From an uncultured Candidatus Saccharibacteria bacterium (GTDB lineage: Bacteria > Patescibacteriota > Minisyncoccia > Ryanbacterales > HO2-45-13): a DNA stretch of 64,000 nt. Shown in pieces: positions 1-8,685 of this stretch. Location of the stretch: NCBI GenBank assembly GCA_964354975.1, contig CAYHBS010000001.1, forward strand, positions 56,282 to 120,281, in the 5' to 3' direction. Made by a program: the position numbers and the translations under genes. Position 1 is the first letter of the stretch; each line of letters starts with the position of its first letter. The notes under the pieces are model-generated. The model searched no databases and was not told where the DNA came from. It was given only the letters and a program-made list of their open reading frames with translations.

Positions 1-379
1 GGGCCCGTCTTGCCTTATGGAGACCGAATTTCTTGCGCTCCACTACGCGCGGATCACGCTTGAGATACCCCGCTTTCTTGAGCGCCGGACGAGTTTCTGC
101 GTCACGCTCAACAAGTGCGCGCGATATTCCAAGACGAATTGCCTCTGCCTGCGCATGCACTCCGCCACCTTTCACGACTGCAGTGATTTTTACCTTACCA
201 AGAATGCCCGCGGAATTGAGCGCATCGGTGATGATATTGCGCGTTTCATCGGTAGGAAAATACTTTTCGTGCGACTTTTTGTTCACCGTAATTTCGCCCT
301 TCGTATCAAACAAGCGCACACGTGCGGTTGCGGCCTTGCGGCGACCAATTGTTTCGATATATGTTGCTTCAGTTGCCAT
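1..379 (-). CDS. rpsI: 30S ribosomal protein S9 (3' end runs off window start)
   Basis: Not in ORF track (no in-window stop). Reverse complement from ATG at 377-379 reads MATEATYIETIGRRKAATARVRLFDTKGEITVN... and ends ...FGLHKARRA at the window edge, a typical S9 C-terminus. The start overlaps the rplM stop by 11 nt. Confidence 0.8.
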   Translation of the reverse strand, partial: MATEATYIETIGRRKAATARVRLFDTKGEITVNKKSHEKYFPTDETRNIITDALNSAGILGKVKITAVVKGGGVHAQAEAIRLGISRALVERDAETRPALKKAGYLKRDPRVVERKKFGLHKARRA

Positions 380-767
380 GTGCTTTGATAATCAGTTGGT
401 GTAATCGCGCCTTTTTTAATTTATTACGGGGAATCATTCCGGAAATTGCATTCATCATTGGTGTCGTTACGTCACGCGCTACCACATCGCGCATTTTTTT
501 GTGAAGCAGTCCACCTGGGTATCCGGTGTAATGTACATACGTTTTTGTGAGTGTTTTCGATCCCGAAAACTTCGCGCCGGCGACGTTAATGATCGTGACT
601 GATACGGGAATGATTTGATTGCGCTCATATGCGGGAGATTTCTTGCCCATTAAAATAGCCGCAGCTTGAGAGGCAACGCGTCCAACGGTCTTGCCCGCCG
701 CATCAATAACAATATCTTTTTTCCCCACTCCTTGTTTGACTGGTTTCTGCTTCATATGATTATACAA
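369..767 (-). CDS. rplM: 50S ribosomal protein L13
   Basis: 132 aa; standard rplM-rpsI order; L13-like sequence (KQGVGKKDIVIDAAGKTVGRVAS...). Confidence 0.9.
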   Translation of the reverse strand: MYNHMKQKPVKQGVGKKDIVIDAAGKTVGRVASQAAAILMGKKSPAYERNQIIPVSVTIINVAGAKFSGSKTLTKTYVHYTGYPGGLLHKKMRDVVARDVTTPMMNAISGMIPRNKLKKARLHQLIIKAHGN

Positions 768-1104
768 ATTCTATAAGCGCTACACGGGCGGCGTCCCCTC
801 CACGATTTCCCAGTTTCGTAATGCGCAAGTATCCGCCACTGCGATGCTCATACCCCTTTGCAACGGTCATCACCCGCGCAGCTGCACGCGCATTGAGCTG
901 CGAGCCTACCCGGCGTCGTGCGGTCAGAGTTTGTTTTTTTGCTGTGGTAATAATTGGCTCAAGGAATTTACGCACTTCTTTTGCGCGCGCCTCCGTTGTT
1001 TTCATCTTTCCATGGATGATGAGCGACGACGCTAATCCTGACAGAAGCGCGCGGCGCTGATCTGTCTCGCGTCCAAATTTTCGCCCCCGTCTCGCGTCTC
1101 GCAT
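760..1104 (-). CDS. rplQ: 50S ribosomal protein L17
   Basis: ORF 760..1146; an internal Met giving MRDARRGRKFGRETDQRRALL matches the L17 N-terminus (MRHRKSGRKLNR type). Downstream of rpoA as in the alpha operon. Confidence 0.85.
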   Translation of the reverse strand: MRDARRGRKFGRETDQRRALLSGLASSLIIHGKMKTTEARAKEVRKFLEPIITTAKKQTLTARRRVGSQLNARAAARVMTVAKGYEHRSGGYLRITKLGNRGGDAARVALIEFV

Positions 1105-1108
1105 ACTG

Positions 1109-2092
1109 TTAGTTTCGGTGTTCAATGGTAAATCCAAGCGTCCCAATGGCGCGCTGTACCTCGGTCAGCGCTTTCTCGCCAAAACCGTCAAACTCAAGAA
1201 GATCCTCGTGCGTATATTTGAGCAAATCACCAATCGTTGCAACCCCCGCTTTCGAGAGCGCATTAATGGTGCGCGATGACAGCTTCAGATCTTCAATTGG
1301 CGTGCTCATTGCATCGCTTGCTTCTTGGGAAACTGATTTTGCCTCTTCAAGAAACTCGCGGCGCACATCTTCTGCAACAGGGGCATCAATGATGTCCACC
1401 TCGGTATTAATGTGTTCAAGCTGTTTGAGCTGTGCGGTGAGAATGGATACGGCTTTTGTAAAGGCCTCGGAAGGCGCTATGGAACCATCCGTCTGAATGG
1501 TAAAAATAAGCTTGTTGTAGTTGGTTGAGGTCCCAACACGCATATTTTCGATGTCGTAGCGTACTTTTCGTACGGGCGTAAAAATTGCATCAAGTCCGAT
1601 CGTGCCAATCGCAACCTTGTCTTTTGAAAGCATTTCGCGGGGAATATACCCCACACCTGCTTCAATAGTCAGCTCCGCTTGAAATGTGGCTTTTGCGTTT
1701 GTGAGCGTTGCAATATGAAAATCGGGATTGATGACTTCCACGTTTGTCGGGCATTTGATATCGGACGCAAGAATCACACGCTCACCCTTTATATCAATGG
1801 TGACGGTTTGTGGTCCTTCGGTGTGCAATTTAAAGCGTACTTGCTTGAGATTGAGTAGTATTGCAAGCACATCCTCGAGCACCCCATCGATAGTGGAGAA
1901 TTCGTGTTTTGCACCTTCAATGCGCACGTGCGTGACCGCGGCTCCCGGAAGTGACGAGTGGAGCACGCGCTTCAGCGCATTGCCAAGCGTAATGCCGTAT
2001 CCCGGGTGCAACCCTTCGATTTCAATTGTTGCTTCATGCCCGGACTCACTCACAATGCGCGGAGATTTTGGAAGTAAAATTGCGTCCATCAT
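1109..2092 (-). CDS. rpoA: DNA-directed RNA polymerase subunit alpha
   Basis: 327 aa; N-terminal and C-terminal domain motifs of RpoA; located between rpsD and rplQ. Confidence 0.93.
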   Translation of the reverse strand: MMDAILLPKSPRIVSESGHEATIEIEGLHPGYGITLGNALKRVLHSSLPGAAVTHVRIEGAKHEFSTIDGVLEDVLAILLNLKQVRFKLHTEGPQTVTIDIKGERVILASDIKCPTNVEVINPDFHIATLTNAKATFQAELTIEAGVGYIPREMLSKDKVAIGTIGLDAIFTPVRKVRYDIENMRVGTSTNYNKLIFTIQTDGSIAPSEAFTKAVSILTAQLKQLEHINTEVDIIDAPVAEDVRREFLEEAKSVSQEASDAMSTPIEDLKLSSRTINALSKAGVATIGDLLKYTHEDLLEFDGFGEKALTEVQRAIGTLGFTIEHRN

Positions 2093-2095
2093 AAA

Positions 2096-2725
2096 TTAAC
2101 GTGAATAATATTCAATAATTGCTTTCAAGTTGTATGACGTGCCGACATCAGGTACCGATGGGCTCCCCACCACAGTTCCCGTTTGCTTCTCCACGTTCAA
2201 TTCCAACCAAAGCGGTGCTTTATGTTTTTTCAGGAGTGCATCTAAGTGTTTTCCAAGAGCTCCTTCGCGCGCGGTCGTTCCCAGTGTGACCACATCTCCA
2301 TCATCAGCTCGATACGAGGCGATCGTCACGCGCTTGCCGTTCACATACACATGCCCGTGACTTACCATTTGTGCCGCAAGCGAACGCGAGACGGCAAAGC
2401 CAAGACGGAATACAACGTTATCCAGACGGCGTTCGAGCGAGCTGACCAATGTACCAAGTACGTCTGATTTTGATTCCATTGCCTTTTCAACATACGTTTC
2501 AAACTGCCGCTCCATAACACCATAGGCATGCCGCATCTTTTGCTTCTCCTGTAATTGCGCGCCATATTCTGACTGTCGAGGCTTACGACCGCCTTTTTTC
2601 CCACCATGAATACCCGGAGCGTATGGCTTCCGAACAAGTGCGCACTTCGGTGAGAAACAGCGCTCCCCCTTGAGAAAGAGCTTCTCACCGGCACGGCGAC
2701 ATGTTTTACATTTTGTATCAGCCAT
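2096..2725 (-). CDS. rpsD: 30S ribosomal protein S4 (zinc-ribbon type)
   Basis: 209 aa; N-terminal CKTCRR...C..KC zinc ribbon and S4 domain; operon position. Confidence 0.93.
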   Translation of the reverse strand: MADTKCKTCRRAGEKLFLKGERCFSPKCALVRKPYAPGIHGGKKGGRKPRQSEYGAQLQEKQKMRHAYGVMERQFETYVEKAMESKSDVLGTLVSSLERRLDNVVFRLGFAVSRSLAAQMVSHGHVYVNGKRVTIASYRADDGDVVTLGTTAREGALGKHLDALLKKHKAPLWLELNVEKQTGTVVGSPSVPDVGTSYNLKAIIEYYSR

Positions 2726-2728
2726 ATG

Positions 2729-3172
2729 TTATACGCGACGTGGTTTCTTAAGTCTTGGGTGACCATGTGGAATTGGTGTTAAATCTTTGATAGCCGGAAT
2801 GGAAAATCCTCTCTGAACGAATACGCGGACAGCGGAATCTCGCCCGGCACCGATACCATTTACTTTCACAAGTACTTCTTTCAGACCCAGTGCTTGCGCA
2901 AATTCTCCTACAATTTCAGCGGCGCGAGATGCAGCATATGGAGTGCCCTTCTTCGATCCGCGAAAACCGAGTGCTCCGGATGACGATTGAAATATCGTGT
3001 TTCCCATATCGTCAGTAAGTGTAATGAGCGTGTTGTTATAGGAAGAGTGTACGTTCACAATGCCCTTATCAAACTTCTTTTTTGTTTGATTGGCCTTGGT
3101 GCGCGCAACCTGAAATAGTGTCTGCTCGTCGGCAGTCTCGGTTGCTTTTTTAATAATACGTTTCTTTCCCAT
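2729..3172 (-). CDS. rpsK: 30S ribosomal protein S11
   Basis: 147 aa; VNVHSSYNNTLITLTD...TPIPHGHPR..KRRV are S11 hallmarks. Confidence 0.93.
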   Translation of the reverse strand: MGKKRIIKKATETADEQTLFQVARTKANQTKKKFDKGIVNVHSSYNNTLITLTDDMGNTIFQSSSGALGFRGSKKGTPYAASRAAEIVGEFAQALGLKEVLVKVNGIGAGRDSAVRVFVQRGFSIPAIKDLTPIPHGHPRLKKPRRV

Positions 3173-3224
3173 GCTATTCAGTAAATCATTAAATCACGAA
3201 AACACGGGTGTCTCCCGAAAAATA

Positions 3225-3300
3225 GTGGTAGTTGTGCTCTTGTGATTTCATGATCATACGATCTCGTAATTTTATGTTCTTGTGCTCTTGTGTTTTTATG
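3225..3300. repeat. Degenerate ~16-nt tandem repeat array (mRNA sense AAAATCACGAGAACAT-like units) in the rpsM-rpsK spacer
   Basis: gatttcatgatcatacgatctcgtaattttatgttcttgtgctcttgtg; the same family occurs at 3771-3856 and 22055-22160. Confidence 0.6.
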
Positions 3301-3305
3301 ACCTT

Positions 3306-3692
3306 TTATTTCTTCTCTACTTTGCGCCGCCCCGAACCCATTGTTTTGCGAACATTCCCGCGCACGGTGCGAGTATTCGTTTTAGTGCGCTGACCGCGAA
3401 CCGGAAGGCGTTTCGCGTGACGCGTGCCGCGGTACGTCCCCGCATCCTTCAGGTGCTTGATGTTCATCATGATCTCCTTACGGAGCGCCCCTTCAACGGT
3501 AAGGCTCTTCTCAATAATATCGCGAAGTTTGTTTACTTCGTCTACAGTAAGCTCACGCGCGCGCTTGTTCATATCTACTTTCGCCTCAGCCAAAATTCGG
3601 TACGCCACCGTGCGTCCGATACCATAGATGTAGCAGAGTGAATATGGAATTTTCTTGTCATCGGGGATGTTGACCCCTGCAATACGTGCCAT
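3306..3692 (-). CDS. rpsM: 30S ribosomal protein S13
   Basis: 128 aa; MARIAGVNIP...GIG...RGQRTKTN S13 signature. Confidence 0.93.
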   Translation of the reverse strand: MARIAGVNIPDDKKIPYSLCYIYGIGRTVAYRILAEAKVDMNKRARELTVDEVNKLRDIIEKSLTVEGALRKEIMMNIKHLKDAGTYRGTRHAKRLPVRGQRTKTNTRTVRGNVRKTMGSGRRKVEKK

Positions 3693-3770
3693 ACAATCAT
3701 CAAATCATTACACCATTAAAACATGAAATCAAAATGCGATGAGACGTCGCGTGCGCCCGCATTATTGTGT

Positions 3771-3856
3771 GATGATCCCGTTGATTTATTGTTTTCATGT
3801 TTTTGTGATCTCGTGATTTAATGTTCTCGTGATTTTATGTTCTTATGCTCTCGTGA
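3771..3856. repeat. Degenerate ~16-nt tandem repeat array in the rpmJ-rpsM spacer (same family as 3225-3300)
   Basis: ttgttttcatgtttttgtgatctcgtgatttaatgttctcgtgattttatgttcttatgctctcgtgatt. Confidence 0.6.
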
Positions 3857-3970
3857 TTAACCCTGCCTCTGTTTATGTTTTGGCGTAGAACAAATCACTC
3901 GCACGCGTCCTCCACGGCGAATGACTTTGCATTTTGCGCAAATCTTTTTAACTGAAGATCGAACTTTCAT
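3857..3970 (-). CDS. rpmJ: 50S ribosomal protein L36
   Basis: Not in ORF track (37 aa). Reverse complement reads [37 protein letters not shown], a canonical L36, located between infA and rpsM as expected. Confidence 0.9.
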   Translation of the reverse strand: MKVRSSVKKICAKCKVIRRGGRVRVICSTPKHKQRQG

Positions 3971-3973
3971 ATG

Positions 3974-4198
3974 TTACAAACGTTCAATGATTCGCCCGCG
4001 ATAGTTGTCGTACTCCGAAAACTCCACGCGCACACGATCGCCCAGCACGACTTTAATATAGTGCATGCGCATACGCCCAGAGAGATGGCAGAGTACTTCC
4101 CGCGCTCCTTCGTCGAGGCGAACGCGAAAAATGCCTCCCTTCAAGGGCTCTATAACTATGCCCTCGAGTATCTGTTTCCCATCGGCCCCTTTGGTCAT
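3974..4198 (-). CDS. infA: Translation initiation factor IF-1
   Basis: 74 aa; S1-like IF-1 sequence (GIVIEPLKGGIFRVRLDEG..HLSGRMR..IKVVLGDRV). Confidence 0.92.
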   Translation of the reverse strand: MTKGADGKQILEGIVIEPLKGGIFRVRLDEGAREVLCHLSGRMRMHYIKVVLGDRVRVEFSEYDNYRGRIIERL

Positions 4199-4256
4199 GC
4201 GATCATCATCATTGAGACTTGCTGAATACTACCAATACTGCTCATTCCCGTCAAGT

Positions 4257-5747
4257 CTAGGGGCTAAGCACTTCTATGTGAATTTTGGAGGTTCGCGAAG
4301 GAATTCTCCGCCACCACGAAGGGGTAAACCGCACATCGGCCGACTCGATAGCGCTATACCCGGAAAAGACGTCTTTAATCGTACTCACTTTGGCCTGTTG
4401 GATGTCTTCGGCAAGCTGATTTGCATCTGGCATGACCGCAATGCGGATGCTACCGGAAAGTTGAATGCTCGCTTGCTTCGCTTCGCTAAAATTGAGCACC
4501 GAAAATCCATCAAATGAGAGCGTGCGTAAACTGTTTTTTTCTGCAGGAAAATCTTCAAATAAAATTTCTTCGAGTATATTATTGAGATCCTCGGTGCGCA
4601 CAAGTACGCCCGATAGTGTGCCCGACATGGATATTTCAAATGATTCTGCTGGTTTTCCTACCACGGGATTTGATTCTGCCGCTCCGAGCGCTGGTGCACC
4701 GAACGGAATAAGTGTAAATCCTTCCGCCGCCGATGATGTGAGTTCGGCGGTAAGCACATCAGTGAGTTGCTGACGCAGCTCCGTAGAAGCGGCAGTGACG
4801 TCTTCAATTGCGACAATGCCGGACTCACCGATAAATCCCCCATCAATCACTCCTACAGATTCTCCATAGAATCCTTGATATTTCGGCGAGCCCTGAAATC
4901 CAGGAATCGTAAACTTCGTCGTGTCCGTGATATTGTATGCGGTTCCTGGTTGATCTGCATACACCGTCACCTCAATGCTTTTCGGAACAATCTTGCCACC
5001 TTCCGTTGTCGCGGCCGGGACAGTGACCGCTTCTTTAATGCGATATATATTCCCTGCCGGTGACATAAATCGCGTGCGTGCGGAGAGCGCCTGCGGGGAT
5101 GTGCCAAAATTATTCACGATCTTTATGCGCCCTGATGCGACGCTACGCACGGGTTGTTTTTTTGTGGCAGTGCGTGTCACAGAAACGGTCTTGTCCGCGC
5201 TCACTTTACTTCCCGCGAGCTCGAACACCGCGGGCTTTTCCAATTTGTACAGCTGTTCACGTGGAGTCACCACTACTACCATTGCACCAAAGGCATTCAT
5301 GGCGAACACGCCCCCAATAACGACCGCAATAAACGCAAGCCCCGTGAGCACTGCTGTGCGTGGACCTTTTCGGCGCGGCGTATTTCCTGCTGCGGTAGAC
5401 GCGGAGGTGGCCGCTGTTGACATCGATGCACTTTGCACTGGTTTGCGTGAAAAATATTGTTCAGCAATCACCTCTTTTTTCTGTGGAGCAGAAAGTGGTG
5501 GATGTGCTTGTTCATTTGGAGGACGCATGGCTCCAACCTGAATTTTTGACGTAGGCACGGCGGTGGGTGGGGGCGTGAGCGATGTGGGCATGGAACGAAG
5601 CGTCTTCGGTGAAGCGCTCGTACTTTTTACGGGGCGCTCAATGGGAGTCACTTGCGCGCGAGGAACAACTCTCTTTGTTGCCGGAGGAGTTTGAGGCGGA
5701 CTTTTTTTGGAGGTGTTTTTATTTGCTGGTCGTTTGATTCCGTCCAT
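4257..5747 (-). CDS. Bitopic membrane protein with Pro-rich cytoplasmic N-terminus and large extracytoplasmic domain (hypothetical; possible PilN/PilO- or divisome-type partner of the upstream actin-like ATPase)
   Basis: 496 aa; single TM (LTGLAFIAVVIGGVFAMNAFGAMVVVV) after a ~130-aa P/T/S-rich segment; tightly coupled (2-nt gap) downstream of the FtsA/PilM-like gene. Confidence 0.6.
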   Translation of the reverse strand: MDGIKRPANKNTSKKSPPQTPPATKRVVPRAQVTPIERPVKSTSASPKTLRSMPTSLTPPPTAVPTSKIQVGAMRPPNEQAHPPLSAPQKKEVIAEQYFSRKPVQSASMSTAATSASTAAGNTPRRKGPRTAVLTGLAFIAVVIGGVFAMNAFGAMVVVVTPREQLYKLEKPAVFELAGSKVSADKTVSVTRTATKKQPVRSVASGRIKIVNNFGTSPQALSARTRFMSPAGNIYRIKEAVTVPAATTEGGKIVPKSIEVTVYADQPGTAYNITDTTKFTIPGFQGSPKYQGFYGESVGVIDGGFIGESGIVAIEDVTAASTELRQQLTDVLTAELTSSAAEGFTLIPFGAPALGAAESNPVVGKPAESFEISMSGTLSGVLVRTEDLNNILEEILFEDFPAEKNSLRTLSFDGFSVLNFSEAKQASIQLSGSIRIAVMPDANQLAEDIQQAKVSTIKDVFSGYSAIESADVRFTPSWWRRIPSRTSKIHIEVLSP

Positions 5748-5748
5748 A

Positions 5749-6897
5749 TCACAGTGGCTTTCTTAATAGTAATGATAGTATACCAAAATCTCCCGCTCCT
5801 TCGAAGTGTTCATAACCCTTCACTTTGTCCTGGAATGCTTTTGGATCCATCTGATGCATTTGTGGAGGAATAATCATCTTTGTCATAATCTCAAGTGACA
5901 TAATGAGCGCCTGCACATCCGCCAGGAGCGCTCCGCCGCCTACAAGGAAAATATTTAACGATCGCTTACTCCCCGAGGGCATTTCTCGAAACGCCATCTC
6001 AAAATGCGGTTTCCAATTGATGACGATGGTGCGAAGAATTTCATCAATTTTCCCTTCTTCTCCGGGCTCAAGTCGATTGGCAATGTACTTGCGCCAAATG
6101 ACCTCTCCGCTTTCAAAGTCAATTCTGTAGAGACGCGCGATTTCTTCCGTAAGATCCAACACTCCCACGGGGAGTGTATATACATTTTGGATGATTCCTC
6201 CTTCCAAAATAACTATTTCAGAAAGCTCTCCACCAATATCAACAATCACTTGCACACCATGATCCAGAATATTTTCCTTAAACATATCCGCATAGAGTTG
6301 CGGAAACGTGTGAAGCACCGTTCTGACCTCCGTATGAAAACGCAGTGACAAATCCTGAAATCCATGGATGAGCATCTGGTGCGCCGCCGCGTAGCGCATG
6401 GTGAGCGCGAGCTCGGTGCCCGAGCGCCCAACAATATTATTAGTTGGGTACCCATTCAAAAATTGTTCAAGTGGGCGCACTTCAAACACCGCCACCGCAG
6501 ATGGGTGTTTAAAATGTTCAAGAAATGTATCTACGCCGCGCGCTTTGATATTTTCCATGTCATCCGCAGTGATGATGTGTGTTGCATCGAACGCCTGCCG
6601 TACTTTTACCGTCTCTGCAGTATAATAGGGCGCGGTGAGTCCGTAATGAATTTCTGTTGGCGAAAAATCTGGTAATTCTTTTTGAAGCGCCGTAAATAAA
6701 TCCTTAAGTTCATGCATAAGGCGCGATTGAAAATCGCGCACGTTACTGCGCACCGACGGAAGCCGGTGTCTGCGATAAATACCAAGTATATGTGGTATGT
6801 CCGTTTGGGAATATTCAACAGCAGCCATCAAGATGTTGGCTGTTCCTAAATCAATGAGCACCTGTTGGTTTCGCCGTCGGCGAGATATCTGTATCAT
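5749..6897 (-). CDS. Actin-like ATPase of the FtsA/PilM family
   Basis: 382 aa; N-terminal IDLGTANILMAAV (phosphate-1-like) and C-terminal LVGGGALLADVQALI (GGG adenosine motif) typical of FtsA/PilM/MreB-fold proteins. Confidence 0.7.
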   Translation of the reverse strand: MIQISRRRRNQQVLIDLGTANILMAAVEYSQTDIPHILGIYRRHRLPSVRSNVRDFQSRLMHELKDLFTALQKELPDFSPTEIHYGLTAPYYTAETVKVRQAFDATHIITADDMENIKARGVDTFLEHFKHPSAVAVFEVRPLEQFLNGYPTNNIVGRSGTELALTMRYAAAHQMLIHGFQDLSLRFHTEVRTVLHTFPQLYADMFKENILDHGVQVIVDIGGELSEIVILEGGIIQNVYTLPVGVLDLTEEIARLYRIDFESGEVIWRKYIANRLEPGEEGKIDEILRTIVINWKPHFEMAFREMPSGSKRSLNIFLVGGGALLADVQALIMSLEIMTKMIIPPQMHQMDPKAFQDKVKGYEHFEGAGDFGILSLLLRKPL

Positions 6898-6900
6898 TGG

Positions 6901-8685
6901 TTAATTCACAGATGCACGAATACGCCGGACACCCGCACTGGATGCCTCTTCCTTTAGTATAACGAATTTTCCGATTTCTGACGTGTGTGTAACGTGCGGC
7001 CCTCCGCAGAACTCTTTTGAAAATACATCTCCTGTTTTTTCGTCATGCACCGTATAGACGGAAACAATTTGGGGATATTTATCTCGGAAGAAATACAGCG
7101 CTCCGGAATCTTTTGCCACCTCATATGGCAGCTCTTCCGAAGTCATGATGTAATCATTTGTAACGACGCCGTTCACGAGTCGCTCCACTTCTGCAAGTTC
7201 CTCCGGTGATACTTTGCGGGGAAACGAAAAATCAAATCGCGTGCGCTCGGCGGTAATATCTGACCCCATTTGTTTTACTTCATCCCCCAGCACCTTGCGC
7301 AGTGCCGCCTGCATGAGATGCGTTGCAGTGTGCAAACGAATTACCTTCTGCATTTCCTCCTCATTTGCCGCTTTGAGTTCTCCGGTATTTAATATGAGGC
7401 CGTGTCCGCCGAACTTCTTTTCACTGCCCGCCTTTGATTTTTCTTGATGCTCCTGAAATTCCTTTTTAAATGATTGTTCATCCACATTGATGCCGCGCTC
7501 TGTGGCGAGCTCGCGCGTCAGCTCCATCGGAAATCCATAACTCTGATATAAATCAAACGCATTTTTCCCTGAAATATTTCCCCGCCCGACAATTTTTTCA
7601 AACTCGCTAATGCCGCGCGTGAGCGCCCTGTGAAATTTCTGGTGTTCATCAAATATCACTTTCTGAATATGCGCGATGTCTGCGCGAAGATTCGGGTAAG
7701 GGAGCGCGTAGATGTCAGCGACCGTTGAAATAAGTGTACCGAGCGTTTCATTGGTGATGTGCTGTTGATACATCATCCGGCTCACGCGACGAATTAAACG
7801 ACGGAGCACATATCCGCGCTCCGCGTTAGATGGCAGCACACCATCACCAACCAAAAATACCGACGCGCGGATATGATCGGCAATAATGCGACGCTCTCGT
7901 TCCGGGATCTCACTCACAATATTCATGAGCGGTGCAAATATATCTGTCTCGTAGCTCGAAGAAAATCCTCCCAGTACCATCAGGAGTCGCTCAAATCCCA
8001 TTCCGGTGTCTACGCCGGGTGTTGGTAATTGTTGAAGCTCTTTTCCAGGTGCGCGTGAAAGTAATTCATCTCTGGTGCCAGGATAGATATATTCGTTAAA
8101 CACCAGGTTCCAAATTTCAATTGCGTCTCCTTTTGCGTTTTTCACATATATTTCTGTTGTCGGTCCGCACGGCCCGGAGTTTCCCGTTGGCCCCCAAAAC
8201 ACATCGTCCATTCCTTGTTCGCGAATATCGGTCATACCAAGCGACGTCCAAATATCTCGCGACTCCGTATCCTTTGGTACAATGTCGGAGCCCTCAAAAT
8301 AGGTTACGTACGCGATGGATAACTTGAGTACTTGTGTAATGTAATCATGCGCAAACGTAATCGCTTCTTTTTTGAAATATGCGCCGAAACTGAAATTCCC
8401 CATCATTTCAAAAAAAGTATTGTGCGAGTCGTCTCCCACTTCCTCAATATCAGAGGTACGAAATGATTTTTGTATCGTCGCCGCGGCGAGCGTACCAAAG
8501 TCGCGCAGTGCGTCTGCGTCTCCGGTAAAATACGGCTTGAATTGTTGCATTCCCGCAGTAGTGAGGAGCACCGACGGATCGTCCGGAATCAAACTACTTG
8601 AGGCCACAATAGTGTGTCCTCGCTCTTTCATAAAATTGAGAAATCCATCTCGTACTTCCTGTGATGTCATATATTTATTCTGCAA
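6901..8685 (-). CDS. alaS: Alanine--tRNA ligase, short form (594 aa, lacks C-terminal C-Ala domain)
   Basis: N-terminus FLNFMKERGHTIVASSSLIPDDPSVLLTTAGMQQFKP is the class II AlaRS signature; editing-domain HTATHLM motif present. Confidence 0.88.
   Translation of the reverse strand: MQNKYMTSQEVRDGFLNFMKERGHTIVASSSLIPDDPSVLLTTAGMQQFKPYFTGDADALRDFGTLAAATIQKSFRTSDIEEVGDDSHNTFFEMMGNFSFGAYFKKEAITFAHDYITQVLKLSIAYVTYFEGSDIVPKDTESRDIWTSLGMTDIREQGMDDVFWGPTGNSGPCGPTTEIYVKNAKGDAIEIWNLVFNEYIYPGTRDELLSRAPGKELQQLPTPGVDTGMGFERLLMVLGGFSSSYETDIFAPLMNIVSEIPERERRIIADHIRASVFLVGDGVLPSNAERGYVLRRLIRRVSRMMYQQHITNETLGTLISTVADIYALPYPNLRADIAHIQKVIFDEHQKFHRALTRGISEFEKIVGRGNISGKNAFDLYQSYGFPMELTRELATERGINVDEQSFKKEFQEHQEKSKAGSEKKFGGHGLILNTGELKAANEEEMQKVIRLHTATHLMQAALRKVLGDEVKQMGSDITAERTRFDFSFPRKVSPEELAEVERLVNGVVTNDYIMTSEELPYEVAKDSGALYFFRDKYPQIVSVYTVHDEKTGDVFSKEFCGGPHVTHTSEIGKFVILKEEASSAGVRRIRASVN

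Noticed and set aside
17-404. Plus-strand ORFs 17-388 and 33-404 (123 aa each)
   Set aside because: They are antisense to a clear rpsI coding sequence (S9, MATEATYIETIGRRKAATARVRLF...) and show no recognisable protein features.
3225-3856. CRISPR array interpretation of the 16-nt tandem repeats
   Set aside because: Units are ~16 nt, degenerate and directly abutting, without unique spacers. No cas genes are nearby.
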